A DNA stretch of 64,000 nucleotides from Candidatus Woesearchaeota archaeon (lineage in GTDB: Archaea; Nanobdellota; Nanobdellia; Woesearchaeales; UBA583): positions 120,753-184,752 of the forward strand of contig CP060218.1 of the NCBI GenBank assembly GCA_023898345.1, read 5' to 3'. The notes under the pieces were generated by a model, which had not been told where the DNA came from, made no database searches, and saw only the letters and a list, made by a program, of their open reading frames with translations. This document shows positions 36,723-47,064 of the stretch, in pieces. The position numbers and the translations under genes are program-made. Numbering within the stretch: position 1 is the first letter of the stretch; each line of letters opens with the position of its first letter.

Positions 36723-38162
36723 ATGGAGTGGGTTGTTTGGTCAGGTGATTATAAGGGGTGTATTCTTCTTCCTTGCTATGTAAAAGACAAAGAAATACAA
36801 TTCTTTGCGCATGCTTTTCCTCTTGATAAAGAAACAGAGATTTTGAATTTTGCTAAGGCTTTATATTTTAAAGCAGAACAAGAGGAGTTGTGTTCTTTTT
36901 TGTATGAGGGAAAATTTTTTCTTTTGGCTGGGCTTAAGGAGTTATATTCGAGTGAGGATGTGCGCAGAGTTTATAGTTGTGCTTTTGCTTTTCTTAAGAA
37001 GAAAAAAATTTTAGAATTTTCTCTTTTTGTTCCAAGTGAAGGGAAGGAAACTGTGCGGGCAATTGTTGATGGAATGGAATTATCTGATTATTCTTTTCAG
37101 AAATACCGTAAAGCTGAAGCAGAAGATTCGGAGCACATTTTGTCTTGTTTTCTTCATGTCTCTTCACAACTTACGTCTGATCTTGCTGTTTGGACTTTGA
37201 TTGCGCGTCAGACAAAGTATGCTAGAGATCTTATTAATGCTAATGCTAGTGAGCTTTATCCAGAAGTTCTTGTTGGTGAGCTTTCTTCTTTTTGTGAAAA
37301 GGAAAACTTAGAGTATGAGGTTTTGGATGAAAAAGAACTCGAAAAAGAAAGAATGAATCTTCTTCTTGCTGTTGGTTCTGGTTCGGTGCATCCTCCTAGA
37401 CTTGCTCTTGCTTCTTATAGGGGAAATCCTGATTCTGATGAATATGTTGCTTTGGTTGGAAAGGGGATTACCTTTGACACTGGTGGAGTTAATCTTAAAC
37501 CTACGGGCTATGTTGAAGCAATGAAGTGTGATATGGCTGGCGCTGCTGTTGCTTTGAGTGTTTTTCAAGCTGCGGTTAAACTTACTTTTAGATGTAATCT
37601 TGTTCTGGTTTTATCTTCTGCTGAAAATGCTCTTTCTGGTTCCTCGTATCTTCCGGGGGATGTTCTTCGGGCTCGTAGTGGTTTGGGAGTTGAAATTCTG
37701 AACACTGACGCTGAGGGTCGCCTTGTTCTCGCTGATGCTTTTGATTATGTTCAGGAAAAGTGGAAGGTAAAAATTTTGGTTGATCTTGCAACTTTGACGG
37801 GCGCTTGTCTTGTAGCTTTAGGGCCAAAACTTATTGCTCTTCTTGGAAATGATGTGGCTTTGAAGAAAGCTTTATTTGATGCAGGTGAAACGGTGTATGA
37901 ACAGACTTGGGAATTGCCTATTTATGAGGAGCACCAAGAAGCCATCAAAGGAACATTTGGAAATATTAAAAATCAGGGGGGGAAATATGGGGGTGTAAGT
38001 ACGGCTGCTGCTTTCTTGCAAGCTTTTGTGAGGGACGGGGTTTCGTGGGCTCATCTTGATATTGCTGGTGCTGCGTATTCTGAAAAGGCAGAGAACTATT
38101 GGCCACAAGCTGGGACAGGTCGTGGTGTTCGCTTACTTTTGGAGTGGCTCAAGGATGTTTGA
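36723..38162 (+). CDS. pepA: leucyl aminopeptidase (M17)
   Basis: GKGITFDTGG, NTDAEGRLVLAD signature, typical length (479 aa). Confidence 0.9.
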   Translation: MEWVVWSGDYKGCILLPCYVKDKEIQFFAHAFPLDKETEILNFAKALYFKAEQEELCSFLYEGKFFLLAGLKELYSSEDVRRVYSCAFAFLKKKKILEFSLFVPSEGKETVRAIVDGMELSDYSFQKYRKAEAEDSEHILSCFLHVSSQLTSDLAVWTLIARQTKYARDLINANASELYPEVLVGELSSFCEKENLEYEVLDEKELEKERMNLLLAVGSGSVHPPRLALASYRGNPDSDEYVALVGKGITFDTGGVNLKPTGYVEAMKCDMAGAAVALSVFQAAVKLTFRCNLVLVLSSAENALSGSSYLPGDVLRARSGLGVEILNTDAEGRLVLADAFDYVQEKWKVKILVDLATLTGACLVALGPKLIALLGNDVALKKALFDAGETVYEQTWELPIYEEHQEAIKGTFGNIKNQGGKYGGVSTAAAFLQAFVRDGVSWAHLDIAGAAYSEKAENYWPQAGTGRGVRLLLEWLKDV

Positions 38163-39426
38163 TTTTTTTAAAAAAGAGGGAGTAGAAGCTAGATTTTCAA
38201 CTGTCTATTCTCGGTTGCAAACTGATCTTATTAGTTTTGTTTGTGAATATACAGATCTTCTTTCTCAAAAGGTAGATTGTCTTCGCACTTGCTCTTCTGA
38301 GGATCCTGAAGAAAGAAAGCTTCTTTTGGAAGCTTTTCAGGAACATCTTTCTTTTTTGTTAGATTATGTGGATGGGGATGAAGGTAAGGCCTTGAAAAAA
38401 TTGTCAGCTTTTTTTTCTACTAAGACTCTAAAAAAAATCTCTCTTGGTTTGGACAAGAAACTTGCTTTTCTTCTTCCTCTCATTCTGGATTCATTTTTAC
38501 GCAATGCTGACACCATTGTTAATGAGGTGTATAGACCTTTTCTTAGGAATAATACTTTTGAATTAAAAGAGAACCTTTCTGTTCACGATTTTATTTTTAT
38601 CCTTATTCGGGAGATCGAGATTTTAAGCTCTTTTTCTTCTTCTCTTCTTTCTTTGAAAAGAAAGGCACTTTTAGATAAGGAGACGTTTTTCTTTCAGGAA
38701 GACTATCTTTTTGCAAGTAAGCTTTATGACTCCGTTTTTGATTTTGTAAAAATGTACTCAAATATTCTTCCTATTCTTCATGATACTTCTCGACCTGGGT
38801 CTTTTTCTTCCTTGGTTTTTAAAAAACAAGAATTGGTGTTAAGGGGTCTTTTTTCCCCTTCTTATTTTAGGGACTATCATGTGAAACTTTATGGTATTGA
38901 TGAAAATCATGAAAAGTTTCTTTTAGTTTTTTTGAATTTTTATGGGAGAGAGTTTTTTGAAGCTTTTAAGAAACCTGTTGAAGTTTTCTTTTTTCTAAAT
39001 GATTTCTGTTTATATTATGAAGGAAAAAATATTTATGGCGGTCTTCAAGGTGATGGAGAAATTTCTTTTCATCTTTCTCCTGATGCAATAACTGGGGAAT
39101 CTTTTTTGCTCGTCTTTGCTCATGAACTTGCTCATTTTTTGACTTCTTTTTATGGTGCTTCTTTTTTTTCTTCTTGGGAGTGTATTGGTGAAGCTTATTT
39201 TGCTTCGCCTATTGGTGGTTCTCATTATGCTAAAATAAATCTGCGCGAAGACATTGCTGTTTTGAATGAGGCCTTGGTTTGTGCATTGTACAAGGAGAAG
39301 TCGTCGGCTCTTTTGACAACTCTGTCTTCTCTTACTCCTGTAGTTGGTACGAGGGATCAACTTACTCATAAGGCCAAGCTTCTTTTTGATTGGGGTTTTT
39401 TTCCAAGTTGGGTGAAGTGGGAGTAG
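38155..39426 (+). CDS. hypothetical protein with HExxH motif
   Basis: Start at MFDFFKKEG (38155) overlaps the pepA stop by 8 nt. FAHELAHFL is the only recognisable motif. Confidence 0.45.
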   Translation: MFDFFKKEGVEARFSTVYSRLQTDLISFVCEYTDLLSQKVDCLRTCSSEDPEERKLLLEAFQEHLSFLLDYVDGDEGKALKKLSAFFSTKTLKKISLGLDKKLAFLLPLILDSFLRNADTIVNEVYRPFLRNNTFELKENLSVHDFIFILIREIEILSSFSSSLLSLKRKALLDKETFFFQEDYLFASKLYDSVFDFVKMYSNILPILHDTSRPGSFSSLVFKKQELVLRGLFSPSYFRDYHVKLYGIDENHEKFLLVFLNFYGREFFEAFKKPVEVFFFLNDFCLYYEGKNIYGGLQGDGEISFHLSPDAITGESFLLVFAHELAHFLTSFYGASFFSSWECIGEAYFASPIGGSHYAKINLREDIAVLNEALVCALYKEKSSALLTTLSSLTPVVGTRDQLTHKAKLLFDWGFFPSWVKWE

Positions 39427-39483
39427 GAGTATGTTTTCTCTTTTGGGGAATAGCACTCAATTTTTTCTTTGGCGAACACACAG

Positions 39484-39492
39484 ATATATAAG
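39484..39492 (+). promoter_or_regulatory. archaeal TATA box of the SulP gene
   Basis: atatataag centred ~29 nt upstream of the ATG at 39517. Confidence 0.45.
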
Positions 39493-39516
39493 AGGATCTG
39501 AGTTTTTCCCCTCTGG

Positions 39517-41169
39517 ATGAACATTTTACCTTATCTAAAGAGAGACTTTGTGCCAGATCTAAAGGCTGGATTTATTACTGCAATTGTTGCACTTCCGCTT
39601 GCAATTGCTTTTGCGATAGCTTCGGGGGTAGATTCGTATATGGGAATTTATACGGCTATTATTGCTGGAGTTTTAGGTTCTTTATTTGGTGGATCTAAGT
39701 TTTCCATTACGGGTCCGACGGGAGCAATGACAGTTATTATTCTTTCAACTGTTCATTCTTTTGGGTTAGAGGGTTTGCTTTTGGCAGGTTTTTTAGCTGG
39801 TGTTATGCAAATTATTTTTGGGACTGTTCGTCTTGGCATGATTGTTAAGTTTATTCCTTTGCCTATCATTTCTGGTTTCACTGCGGGAATTGGTGTTATT
39901 ATTTTTGTCGGGCAAATTGCAAATTTTTTAGGGATAAAGGTTCCTGCTCAAGAACATATTTGGAATACTCTTTTAGAGATTTTCAAGCATCTCTCTCAGG
40001 TTAATCTTATTGCTGTTGGTATTAGTATTTTTACTATTTTGTTGCTTATTTTTCTTCCTAAACTTTTTTCAAGGGTTTCTTTTTTAGAGCGTATTCCTGC
40101 TTCGTTTTTTGCTCTTGTTGCGTGTGTTTCTTTTGTTTACTTTTTTACTCCTTCTTCTTTACCTGTTGTTGGTGTTATTCCTACGGAACTTCCTTCTTTT
40201 CATTTTTTTAATATAAATTTTGAGTTGTTTAAATCTGTTTTACCTGCTGCTTTTACGATTGCACTTTTAGGATCTATTGAGGCTTTACTTTGTGCTGTTG
40301 TTGCTGATGGTATGACGAACACGAAACATAATAGTAATAAGGAACTTGTATCTCAGGGTATTGCAAATACTGTTCTTCCTTTTTTTGGGGTTATTCCTGC
40401 AACTGCTGCGATTGCGCGTACGGCAGTGAATATCCGGGAAGGGGCAAAAACAAAATGGGCTGGTGTTTACCACGCTTTGTTTCTTTTCTTGATTGTAGTG
40501 TTATTTGCTTCTCTTGGAACTTATTTGCCTATGTCTTTTTTAGCAGGTGTTTTGATGTTTGTTTCTTTCAAGATGATTAATTTTAAGGAATTCAAAACTA
40601 TTGCAAATATTAGTAAGGCAGATACTCTTGTTTTGTATTTGACATTTTTTCTTACTATTTTCACGAACTTAGTTTTCGCTGTTCAAGTTGGTATGTTTGC
40701 AGCTATTTTCCTTATTTTTATGCGGCTTACTCAGATGATTGAAATTGCTCCTCATGTAAATCTTGAAGAGTATGATGCTGAGGATAAATTAGAAAAGGCT
40801 ATTCCTTCTGTTTTGAAAGAAAAAATTGCTGTTTATACGATTAATGGGCCTTTCTTTTTTGGTGCGATGAACGTTTTTGATAATAAGGTTTCGGAACAGC
40901 TTCCTTTGGAAAAGGAGTTTATTATTTTGAGAATGAAGCATGTTTCCTTTGTCGATAGTACTGGAGTTGAAAGACTTAAGACTTTTATTCATAAAAGAAA
41001 AAAGCAGGGAAAGGAGGTATTTTTAACTTCTGTTAATAAGGAGGTTGAAAAGAAGTTGTTTGCAGATAGGGAATTTAGAGAGATGGTGAAAAAAGAAGAA
41101 CTCTTCGCAAAAACCTCGTCTGCTCTTCATCATATTGAAGCTTTAGATCATCTCAAAACCTTGGGGTAA
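39517..41169 (+). CDS. SulP-family anion (sulfate/bicarbonate) permease with C-terminal STAS domain
   Basis: AGFITAIVALPLAIAFAIASG, multiple TM segments and the C-terminal STAS pattern (ILRMKHVSFVDSTGVERL). Confidence 0.9.
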   Translation: MNILPYLKRDFVPDLKAGFITAIVALPLAIAFAIASGVDSYMGIYTAIIAGVLGSLFGGSKFSITGPTGAMTVIILSTVHSFGLEGLLLAGFLAGVMQIIFGTVRLGMIVKFIPLPIISGFTAGIGVIIFVGQIANFLGIKVPAQEHIWNTLLEIFKHLSQVNLIAVGISIFTILLLIFLPKLFSRVSFLERIPASFFALVACVSFVYFFTPSSLPVVGVIPTELPSFHFFNINFELFKSVLPAAFTIALLGSIEALLCAVVADGMTNTKHNSNKELVSQGIANTVLPFFGVIPATAAIARTAVNIREGAKTKWAGVYHALFLFLIVVLFASLGTYLPMSFLAGVLMFVSFKMINFKEFKTIANISKADTLVLYLTFFLTIFTNLVFAVQVGMFAAIFLIFMRLTQMIEIAPHVNLEEYDAEDKLEKAIPSVLKEKIAVYTINGPFFFGAMNVFDNKVSEQLPLEKEFIILRMKHVSFVDSTGVERLKTFIHKRKKQGKEVFLTSVNKEVEKKLFADREFREMVKKEELFAKTSSALHHIEALDHLKTLG

Positions 41170-41188
41170 GTGGAAGCTAAGGGAAACG

Positions 41189-41217
41189 TTTTTTTTTTTT
41201 TTTTTTTTTTTTTTTTT
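41189..41217 (+). terminator. 29-nt poly(T) tract; probable oligo-T terminator of the SulP gene
   Basis: An uninterrupted T29 starts 20 nt after the SulP stop and ends 1 nt before the stop of the convergent gene 41219..41566. Confidence 0.5.
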
Positions 41218-41218
41218 C

Positions 41219-41566
41219 TTAACTAAGATTTCCGAGTACTTGTCCAATAGTGTAGGACAAAGCGTAGCCTGCAACCATGGCGACTCCGCCTGTACCTGTA
41301 CCTGCTCCTTGAGCGATCCCCATATAGATTTTATCTTCAAGTTTTTTAGGTCCACCAAGGAAAGGGTGCATTTTTAGTATCTCTTCTCTAACAACGTTTA
41401 TTCCATTAAGAACTCCGAGAAGGGGAAGAACAAAGTAACTTATTTCTGGAATGTTTTCTAGGGGGCATCCTTTGGTTGTTGTATAGCCATCGACGAATCC
41501 AATACCAAGACCTAAGCCCATTGTTCCTAAAAAAAGATAGTCTGACAAACTTCTTTTCTCTTCCAT
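41219..41566 (-). CDS. small Gly-rich membrane protein, hypothetical
   Basis: GLGLGIGF and GAGTGTGGVAMVAGYAL glycine-zipper-like segments. Confidence 0.45.
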   Translation of the reverse strand: MEEKRSLSDYLFLGTMGLGLGIGFVDGYTTTKGCPLENIPEISYFVLPLLGVLNGINVVREEILKMHPFLGGPKKLEDKIYMGIAQGAGTGTGGVAMVAGYALSYTIGQVLGNLS

Positions 41567-41570
41567 TTGT

Positions 41571-41867
41571 CTAACTATAACTTTTAACCATAAGAATTCT
41601 TTGTTTTATTTCTTTGTCAGACATTTCACTTAATACTTCGCGGATTTCAGCAAAGATGTTGAGAAAAAGTTCTTTGCTGAGGAAGTTCTCATCGTGCTCG
41701 TGTTTTTCAACAAAGTTGAGTAGTTCTCTTTTTTTTTCTTTATCTTGAAGATAATTTTCAAGAAGCTCTGCAAATTGTTCTTGTTTTTCTTTGAATTCTG
41801 TCATACTTGCTTTTTTGTCGTGGCGTTTAAAAATATTTGTTGTTTGTCTCAGGGGTTTCTTCTTCAA
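41571..41867 (-). CDS. hypothetical protein
   Basis: 98-aa helical, charged ORF directly upstream of 41219..41566. May start at the internal MTEFKEK. Confidence 0.4.
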   Translation of the reverse strand: MKKKPLRQTTNIFKRHDKKASMTEFKEKQEQFAELLENYLQDKEKKRELLNFVEKHEHDENFLSKELFLNIFAEIREVLSEMSDKEIKQRILMVKSYS

Positions 41868-41968
41868 GGGGGAGAGTAAAGATTTGGCGGACTTTGGTTA
41901 CGAACTATTTTGGAATTGGCCTTATTCTTAGAAATTTTTATAAAAAGAAGTGATAAAACTAAGGAATC

Positions 41969-42286
41969 ATGGTAGATTTTTGTCCTAAATGTGGCGCCCT
42001 CATCATGGGAAAGAAAGGAGAAGAAGTTGCTTGTGCAGCTTGTGGACACAAAACAAAGTCAAAGTCCACAGTTAAAATTGCAGAAAAACTTTCTAAAAAA
42101 GAAGAGAAGGAAATTATTTCTCCTGACGACAAACCGGAGATTCATCCGACGACAGAGGTAGAATGTCCTGCGTGTAAAAATATGGAAGCGTATTATTGGA
42201 CGAAGCAGACTCGTGCAGCTGATGAGCCTGAAACTCAATTTTTTAAGTGTGTTAATTGCAAGCATCAATGGCGTGATTATAGGTAG
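41969..42286 (+). CDS. tfs: transcription factor S (TFIIS-like) / RNAP subunit M family
   Basis: N-terminal Zn ribbon FCPKCGA...CAACGH. C-terminal ribbon CPACKN...TRAADEPETQFFKCVNCKHQWR with the acidic DE loop. Confidence 0.88.
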   Translation: MVDFCPKCGALIMGKKGEEVACAACGHKTKSKSTVKIAEKLSKKEEKEIISPDDKPEIHPTTEVECPACKNMEAYYWTKQTRAADEPETQFFKCVNCKHQWRDYR

Positions 42287-42390
42287 TTTTCTTTCTTTTT
42301 TTCTTCTAGTTTCTTGGTTCTCTTCTTAGTTGTTATTCTAAAGTGCTCAAGAAAAAATATGAAGTTTGAAAAAATGGGGAGAAGTAAACT

Positions 42391-42834
42391 ATGATTGAAG
42401 AGATTCTTAGAAGCAGTGCGTTTGTTCTTTTGGCAGTTATTCTTTATCAGGGTCTAGGCTTTCTCTGGTATGGTCCTCTTTTTGGTGATTTGTGGAGGAA
42501 GGAGGTTTGTATGAAACGCATTTCTTATAGGGAGGAAGAAAAACGAATTTGTGCTTCTGCGCAATCAGCTTATATTGGAGTTGCAATGAATTCGATGGTT
42601 ATGGCTTTTGTTTTGTATAATTTAATTATTGCTCTTCATTTTAGTACTTTCATATATGCTGTTCTGCTTGGTCTTGGCATTGGTGCGGGATTTATTATTC
42701 CTTCGACGCTGACAACTTTTCTTTTTGAAGGGCGAGGTATTGAAAAGAAATCTTTTGCACTTTATATTATTGATAATGCGTATCCTCTTCTTGGTCTTAT
42801 GCTTATGGGGGCGGTTTTTTCTTTTGCTGTTTAG
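42391..42834 (+). CDS. DUF1761-like membrane protein
   Basis: GFLWYGPLFGDLW near the N-terminus plus 4 TM segments resembles DUF1761. By-eye call. Confidence 0.5.
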   Translation: MIEEILRSSAFVLLAVILYQGLGFLWYGPLFGDLWRKEVCMKRISYREEEKRICASAQSAYIGVAMNSMVMAFVLYNLIIALHFSTFIYAVLLGLGIGAGFIIPSTLTTFLFEGRGIEKKSFALYIIDNAYPLLGLMLMGAVFSFAV

Positions 42835-42854
42835 CCAAAGCTATGGGAGAGATT

Positions 42855-43454
42855 CTACTTATAGTAGAGATAGAGTTGGACTCTCATGTCGCTGTCTGCA
42901 GTTGCCCATGCGGCAGGATAGGAAGGGGTTTTTTTGTACCCTAATTTACGATAATTGTCCTTTGTTAATGTGATTCCTTTTACTGAGATTTCATCGAAGT
43001 TTGAGATTGTAAGGTTTCCTAGTGAATGTGTTAAGTAGTCTGGCATTGTGAAGGTGAGTTCGTAGGGTATGTTTCCAATGATTGCATTCTCGCCTGTGAA
43101 TAGAGTGTCTAGGCTTGCTTTTGAAACTGCTTTAGCATGTGTACAGGAAGAGACTGTTCCTTCTTTGCATACTAACTCTGGGTCAGAACTTGAAGAACTG
43201 GACATGGCAATGCAATAATTAATGAGGTCTTTTAGGGATTCGTCGTCACGTTCGACAACACAGCCTGTACTGACGGTGAGCATTGTGTTTAATGTTGACT
43301 GGGCTAAAATTTTATATTCTTTTTCAGTTTGTAAGTTTTCTTGGGTTTGTGGGGAAACTAGTTTGATTTGTGTGTAAATGATTATTCCTAAAACAATAAT
43401 GACAAAGAGAAGTGCAATACCAAAAATTTCTCCTTGGCCTCTTTTTTTAGACAT
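42855..43454 (-). CDS. putative archaeal type IV pilin-like protein (class III signal peptide)
   Basis: MSKKRGQGEIFGIALLFVIIVLGIIIY: a positively charged leader, Gly, then a hydrophobic helix. Confidence 0.5.
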   Translation of the reverse strand: MSKKRGQGEIFGIALLFVIIVLGIIIYTQIKLVSPQTQENLQTEKEYKILAQSTLNTMLTVSTGCVVERDDESLKDLINYCIAMSSSSSSDPELVCKEGTVSSCTHAKAVSKASLDTLFTGENAIIGNIPYELTFTMPDYLTHSLGNLTISNFDEISVKGITLTKDNYRKLGYKKTPSYPAAWATADSDMRVQLYLYYK

Positions 43455-43512
43455 AGAGGTTTGTTAAAAGTAAATGTTTATAAATGTGTTTGATGCCGCC
43501 AAATTTAGGATA

Positions 43513-45459
43513 ATGTTGCGAAGCTTTTTTTTCCTTTTTACATTGGTATTTTTTAGCTCTGCTGTCTTTTGTGCAGACTCGGTTAATTCTCAAGAATATC
43601 TTAAGCTGAAGATTGAAAATTCTCTTTCTTTTGGAGTTAATATGGAGGCTGACAGTACTATTTCTCTTTTTCAGGTTCGTTCAAATATTTTTCCTCAAAC
43701 ATATAATGACTCACAGTATCTTAATGATTTTCAGACTTCATATAATGGCTATAAGGTTATTAATGAGAGTTCAAATTTCTACCTTCTTTATTCTTTTGAA
43801 AAGGAGGATCTTCGTGAAAATAATTTGATTCAGAATGATTTTATTTTAGAGAGTACTGTTAGTAGACCAAAAATAAGGACTAAGGTTCTTTATCCGGTTT
43901 CTTTTGTTTCTGAAGAGAATAGGGAATATTTAGGATTCAAGGAGTTTATTGATGTTAATGAGGATATTCGCAGACAGGCTTCGCTTCTTGCAGATGGGGA
44001 AGACGATCTTTTTGTTTTAACAAGTAAGGTTGCAAAATGGATTCGTGAGGATATTAATTATAATTTAAGTACTGCACTTGAAAATCCGAATCAAACTTCA
44101 ACTCAGGTTTTCAAATCTAAGTCGGGTGTTTGTCGGGAAATTACGAATCTTTTTCTTTCTATGATGCGTAGTCTTGGTGTTCCGGCAAGAGTTGTTACTG
44201 GTTATGCTTATACTGATTCTGAGGAAATTGTTACTTATGTTGGTTCTCATTGGGGAGGCCATGCTTGGGCAGAGGTTTTTATTGGTGATGAGTGGGTTCC
44301 TTTTGATTTAACGTACAATCAGTATGGATATGTTGATGCAACTCATATTATTCTTGATAAGTCGGCGTATCTTAGAACAAGTTCTGCTTCTATTAATGCT
44401 AGTGGTTATGGTTTTTCTCTTAAGCCTCAGAGTCTTCATAATGATATTGATACTATTGAAATTTTGGAGAAGCGAGAACAATTGTATGACAGTGGGTATA
44501 AGACAACTATTTTTGCAACACAAAGTTTGGGGTTTGACAGTTATGGGTATGTAAAGCTTACCGTTAAAAATATGGATGCTTTTTACAAGCTTCTTTTTAT
44601 CCGTCTCTCGAAGGTTAAGGATGTTGAATTACTTGACTCAGCTGAAAAGATGGTTATTTTTCTTCCTAATGAAGAGAAGGATTTATATTTTCGTTTTAAG
44701 ATTCCTTCTGATCTTGATGAACATTATATTTATACGTATCCTTTTGCGGTCTACAATGAATTTTTTGAGGAAAAAATTGATGTTACTGTGAGTCCTGAGT
44801 TTCTTAGGATGAAGGAGATTGCTCTTCCTGAGATAAAGAATGAAACGAAGTCTTTTAGTGACAAGTCTTTGGAATTTTCTTGTGAGTACTATTATGGTTT
44901 TGAAAATAATACTCTTGTATGTAGTGTACGAAATACGAATAATTTTGAAATTCCTTCTTTTCTTTTTTGTACTGCTGATAAGTCAGATTGTACAAACACG
45001 GACCTTAAAATAAATGAGGTGAAAACTCTTTCTTTGCGTTCTAAACAAGATAATGAAACTCTTATTTATGAGTATAAGACACCTCAGAAAGGTAAACAAA
45101 GTGGAAGTTTTGAGGTTCTCTTGAAAGAACCAACTCTTTCTCTTTCACAAAAGGAGGAGAATGGATTTTATCTTGTGGAGTATGATATTGATAATTATGT
45201 TGATGGACTTATGGTCTCTGTTTTTCATAATGGTGTCTTTGTTGAGAGTTCTTCTCTTCGTGCAAATTCTTTTTCTTTTCCTTTAGTAGATGGGAATAAT
45301 ACTATTAGTCTTGTTATGGAACATAGTGGCTCTACGATTTTTGAAATGCAAAATGTAACATATTATCACAAAGAGGAAATTGAGCAGGAAACAAACAAAA
45401 CTTTGTCCTTCTGGGAGAGCATTGTTCTTTTCTTTAAAAGTTTTTTTTCTTGGATTTGA
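43513..45459 (+). CDS. transglutaminase-like (papain-fold Cys-His-Asp) secreted protein
   Basis: SGVCREITNLFLSMMRSLGVPARVVTGY...HAWAEVFIGDEWVPFDLT is the transglutaminase core motif. Signal peptide MLRSFFFLFTLVFFSSAVFCADS from the ATG at 43513. Confidence 0.75.
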   Translation: MLRSFFFLFTLVFFSSAVFCADSVNSQEYLKLKIENSLSFGVNMEADSTISLFQVRSNIFPQTYNDSQYLNDFQTSYNGYKVINESSNFYLLYSFEKEDLRENNLIQNDFILESTVSRPKIRTKVLYPVSFVSEENREYLGFKEFIDVNEDIRRQASLLADGEDDLFVLTSKVAKWIREDINYNLSTALENPNQTSTQVFKSKSGVCREITNLFLSMMRSLGVPARVVTGYAYTDSEEIVTYVGSHWGGHAWAEVFIGDEWVPFDLTYNQYGYVDATHIILDKSAYLRTSSASINASGYGFSLKPQSLHNDIDTIEILEKREQLYDSGYKTTIFATQSLGFDSYGYVKLTVKNMDAFYKLLFIRLSKVKDVELLDSAEKMVIFLPNEEKDLYFRFKIPSDLDEHYIYTYPFAVYNEFFEEKIDVTVSPEFLRMKEIALPEIKNETKSFSDKSLEFSCEYYYGFENNTLVCSVRNTNNFEIPSFLFCTADKSDCTNTDLKINEVKTLSLRSKQDNETLIYEYKTPQKGKQSGSFEVLLKEPTLSLSQKEENGFYLVEYDIDNYVDGLMVSVFHNGVFVESSSLRANSFSFPLVDGNNTISLVMEHSGSTIFEMQNVTYYHKEEIEQETNKTLSFWESIVLFFKSFFSWI

Positions 45460-45466
45460 AGTCTTT

Positions 45467-46501
45467 TTACTTATCTCGTTCTTTAATAAAGTCAAGGAAA
45501 TTTTTTAGGAAGGAGTTAGTTTCTTTGCTTAGTGAACTTTTTTCTAGGGTTGCTTGTGCTTCATTATAGTATTTTTGAATGAGATTCTCGCAGTACTGTT
45601 TTGCACCTGTTTTCACAAAGAGGCTTTGTAACTCAAGGCAGTCAGTTTGTGAGAGTTCTTCTTTTTCAAAAATTTCCTGAACGCACTTTGATTGAGAAAG
45701 GGCATAGTGCAAGAGAAGAGTTCTCTTTTTTTCGTAAAGATCGCCAAACAAAGTTTTTCCAACTTTTTCTTTTCCAAAAATATCTAAAAGGTCGTCTTGT
45801 ATCTGAAACAGAAGTCCTAGGGAGTAAGAAAATTTTTCTAAGCTTTGAAGTGTGTTCTCGTCAGCATCTGCAAGAAGGGCTCCTAGTTTCAAGGGTAAGA
45901 AGAAAGAATACGCTGCTGTTTTGCGATAGTATATTTCTAGGATTTCTTTTTCTGAGTTTTCTTTTTCAAATTGAAGGTTATATTCAATCCCTTGGCCAAA
46001 GCATGTTTTTGTTGTTATTTCATTTACTAAGGAAGAAAGTTTTTTACTAAGCTTGGTTTGGGTGTCTAAGGAGAAAAGAACTTCTAAAGAATATGATAGG
46101 GCAATGTCTCCAATAAGCAGAGCCAAATGTTCGCCAATACGCGATGCACGTGGAGAATTGTTGTGTTTCTTTTCAAACACTTTATGAACTGTTGGTTTTC
46201 CTCTTCTAAGGGCTGCTGAGTCCATGATGTCGTCATGAATTAAAAAATGGGCGTGAAGAAGTTCTAGAGAAAGAGAAAGGTTAAGGGCTAGTTCTTTGTT
46301 TTGTCCGCCAAGGCAATTGTAGCACATCGAACAAAGAACGCCGCGTACTCGTTTTCCTCCTGCTAAAACAAATGTACAGAGTTCATTATGGAGTTCTTTC
46401 TCTGAGGAATACATTAATGTTTTTTCTTTTTGTATAAGAAACTTTTCGAGTCTTTTATCGAGTTCTTTTTTTTTCTGAGAATAGTTTTCCTTAAAATTCA
46501 T
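45467..46501 (-). CDS. idsA: polyprenyl (geranylgeranyl) diphosphate synthase
   Basis: FARM LIHDDIMD and SARM FQIQDDLLD. Confidence 0.88.
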   Translation of the reverse strand: MNFKENYSQKKKELDKRLEKFLIQKEKTLMYSSEKELHNELCTFVLAGGKRVRGVLCSMCYNCLGGQNKELALNLSLSLELLHAHFLIHDDIMDSAALRRGKPTVHKVFEKKHNNSPRASRIGEHLALLIGDIALSYSLEVLFSLDTQTKLSKKLSSLVNEITTKTCFGQGIEYNLQFEKENSEKEILEIYYRKTAAYSFFLPLKLGALLADADENTLQSLEKFSYSLGLLFQIQDDLLDIFGKEKVGKTLFGDLYEKKRTLLLHYALSQSKCVQEIFEKEELSQTDCLELQSLFVKTGAKQYCENLIQKYYNEAQATLEKSSLSKETNSFLKNFLDFIKERDK

Positions 46502-46547
46502 AAAAAGAAAAAATCAACTTCTTATATAAAGATAAAGGTTAAAATTT

Positions 46548-46970
46548 TTACTCAAAATAATTTTGAGGAGCGTCTTGGCTTGTTTGTGAAAGTCTCATAT
46601 TTTCGAGTCTGAGGACGCGTGTATTTTCGTTGTTTTTGTTCACGTAGGCGTCAGATACTAAAACTCTGCCGTTGTTTATCAGGTAAATATTTCCATCTTC
46701 TGTAAAAACAACTGTTTGTTCTTCTTGAGTAATGTCAACTGTTGTTCTTGGTATTGCCATTATGGTTGTTGTTCCGGAATTTCTTTTTTCAAGCTCACTA
46801 TTCAAAACTTTGACTTCTTTATCTGAGGAAGCTGTATTTTCCGATTTTGTTGAGTCTTTGTATCCTGTATTTCTCATTTGTTGTTCTTCTTGATATGAGA
46901 CAAGATAGACCATCCCCAGAAGAACGAGGATGAGGAGTACTAGTAGAGTCACAATTGAAGTTCGTGCCAT
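46548..46970 (-). CDS. membrane-anchored hypothetical protein
   Basis: N-terminal TM (IVTLLVLLILVLLGMVYLV); no domain recognised. Confidence 0.45.
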   Translation of the reverse strand: MARTSIVTLLVLLILVLLGMVYLVSYQEEQQMRNTGYKDSTKSENTASSDKEVKVLNSELEKRNSGTTTIMAIPRTTVDITQEEQTVVFTEDGNIYLINNGRVLVSDAYVNKNNENTRVLRLENMRLSQTSQDAPQNYFE

Positions 46971-47064
46971 GTTAGAGTCAGGGCAGAATGGGGCTTATAA
47001 ATTTTTGTGTTTGTCGTACCTGTCGAGTAAGGTAATTTGGACTTTTTAGGAATTCGCATCTTTT

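Noticed and set aside
41143-41358. 71-aa minus-strand ORF containing a poly-Lys run
   Set aside because: The poly-Lys is simply the T29 tract read in the antisense direction. The ORF overlaps the real gene 41219-41566 in another frame.
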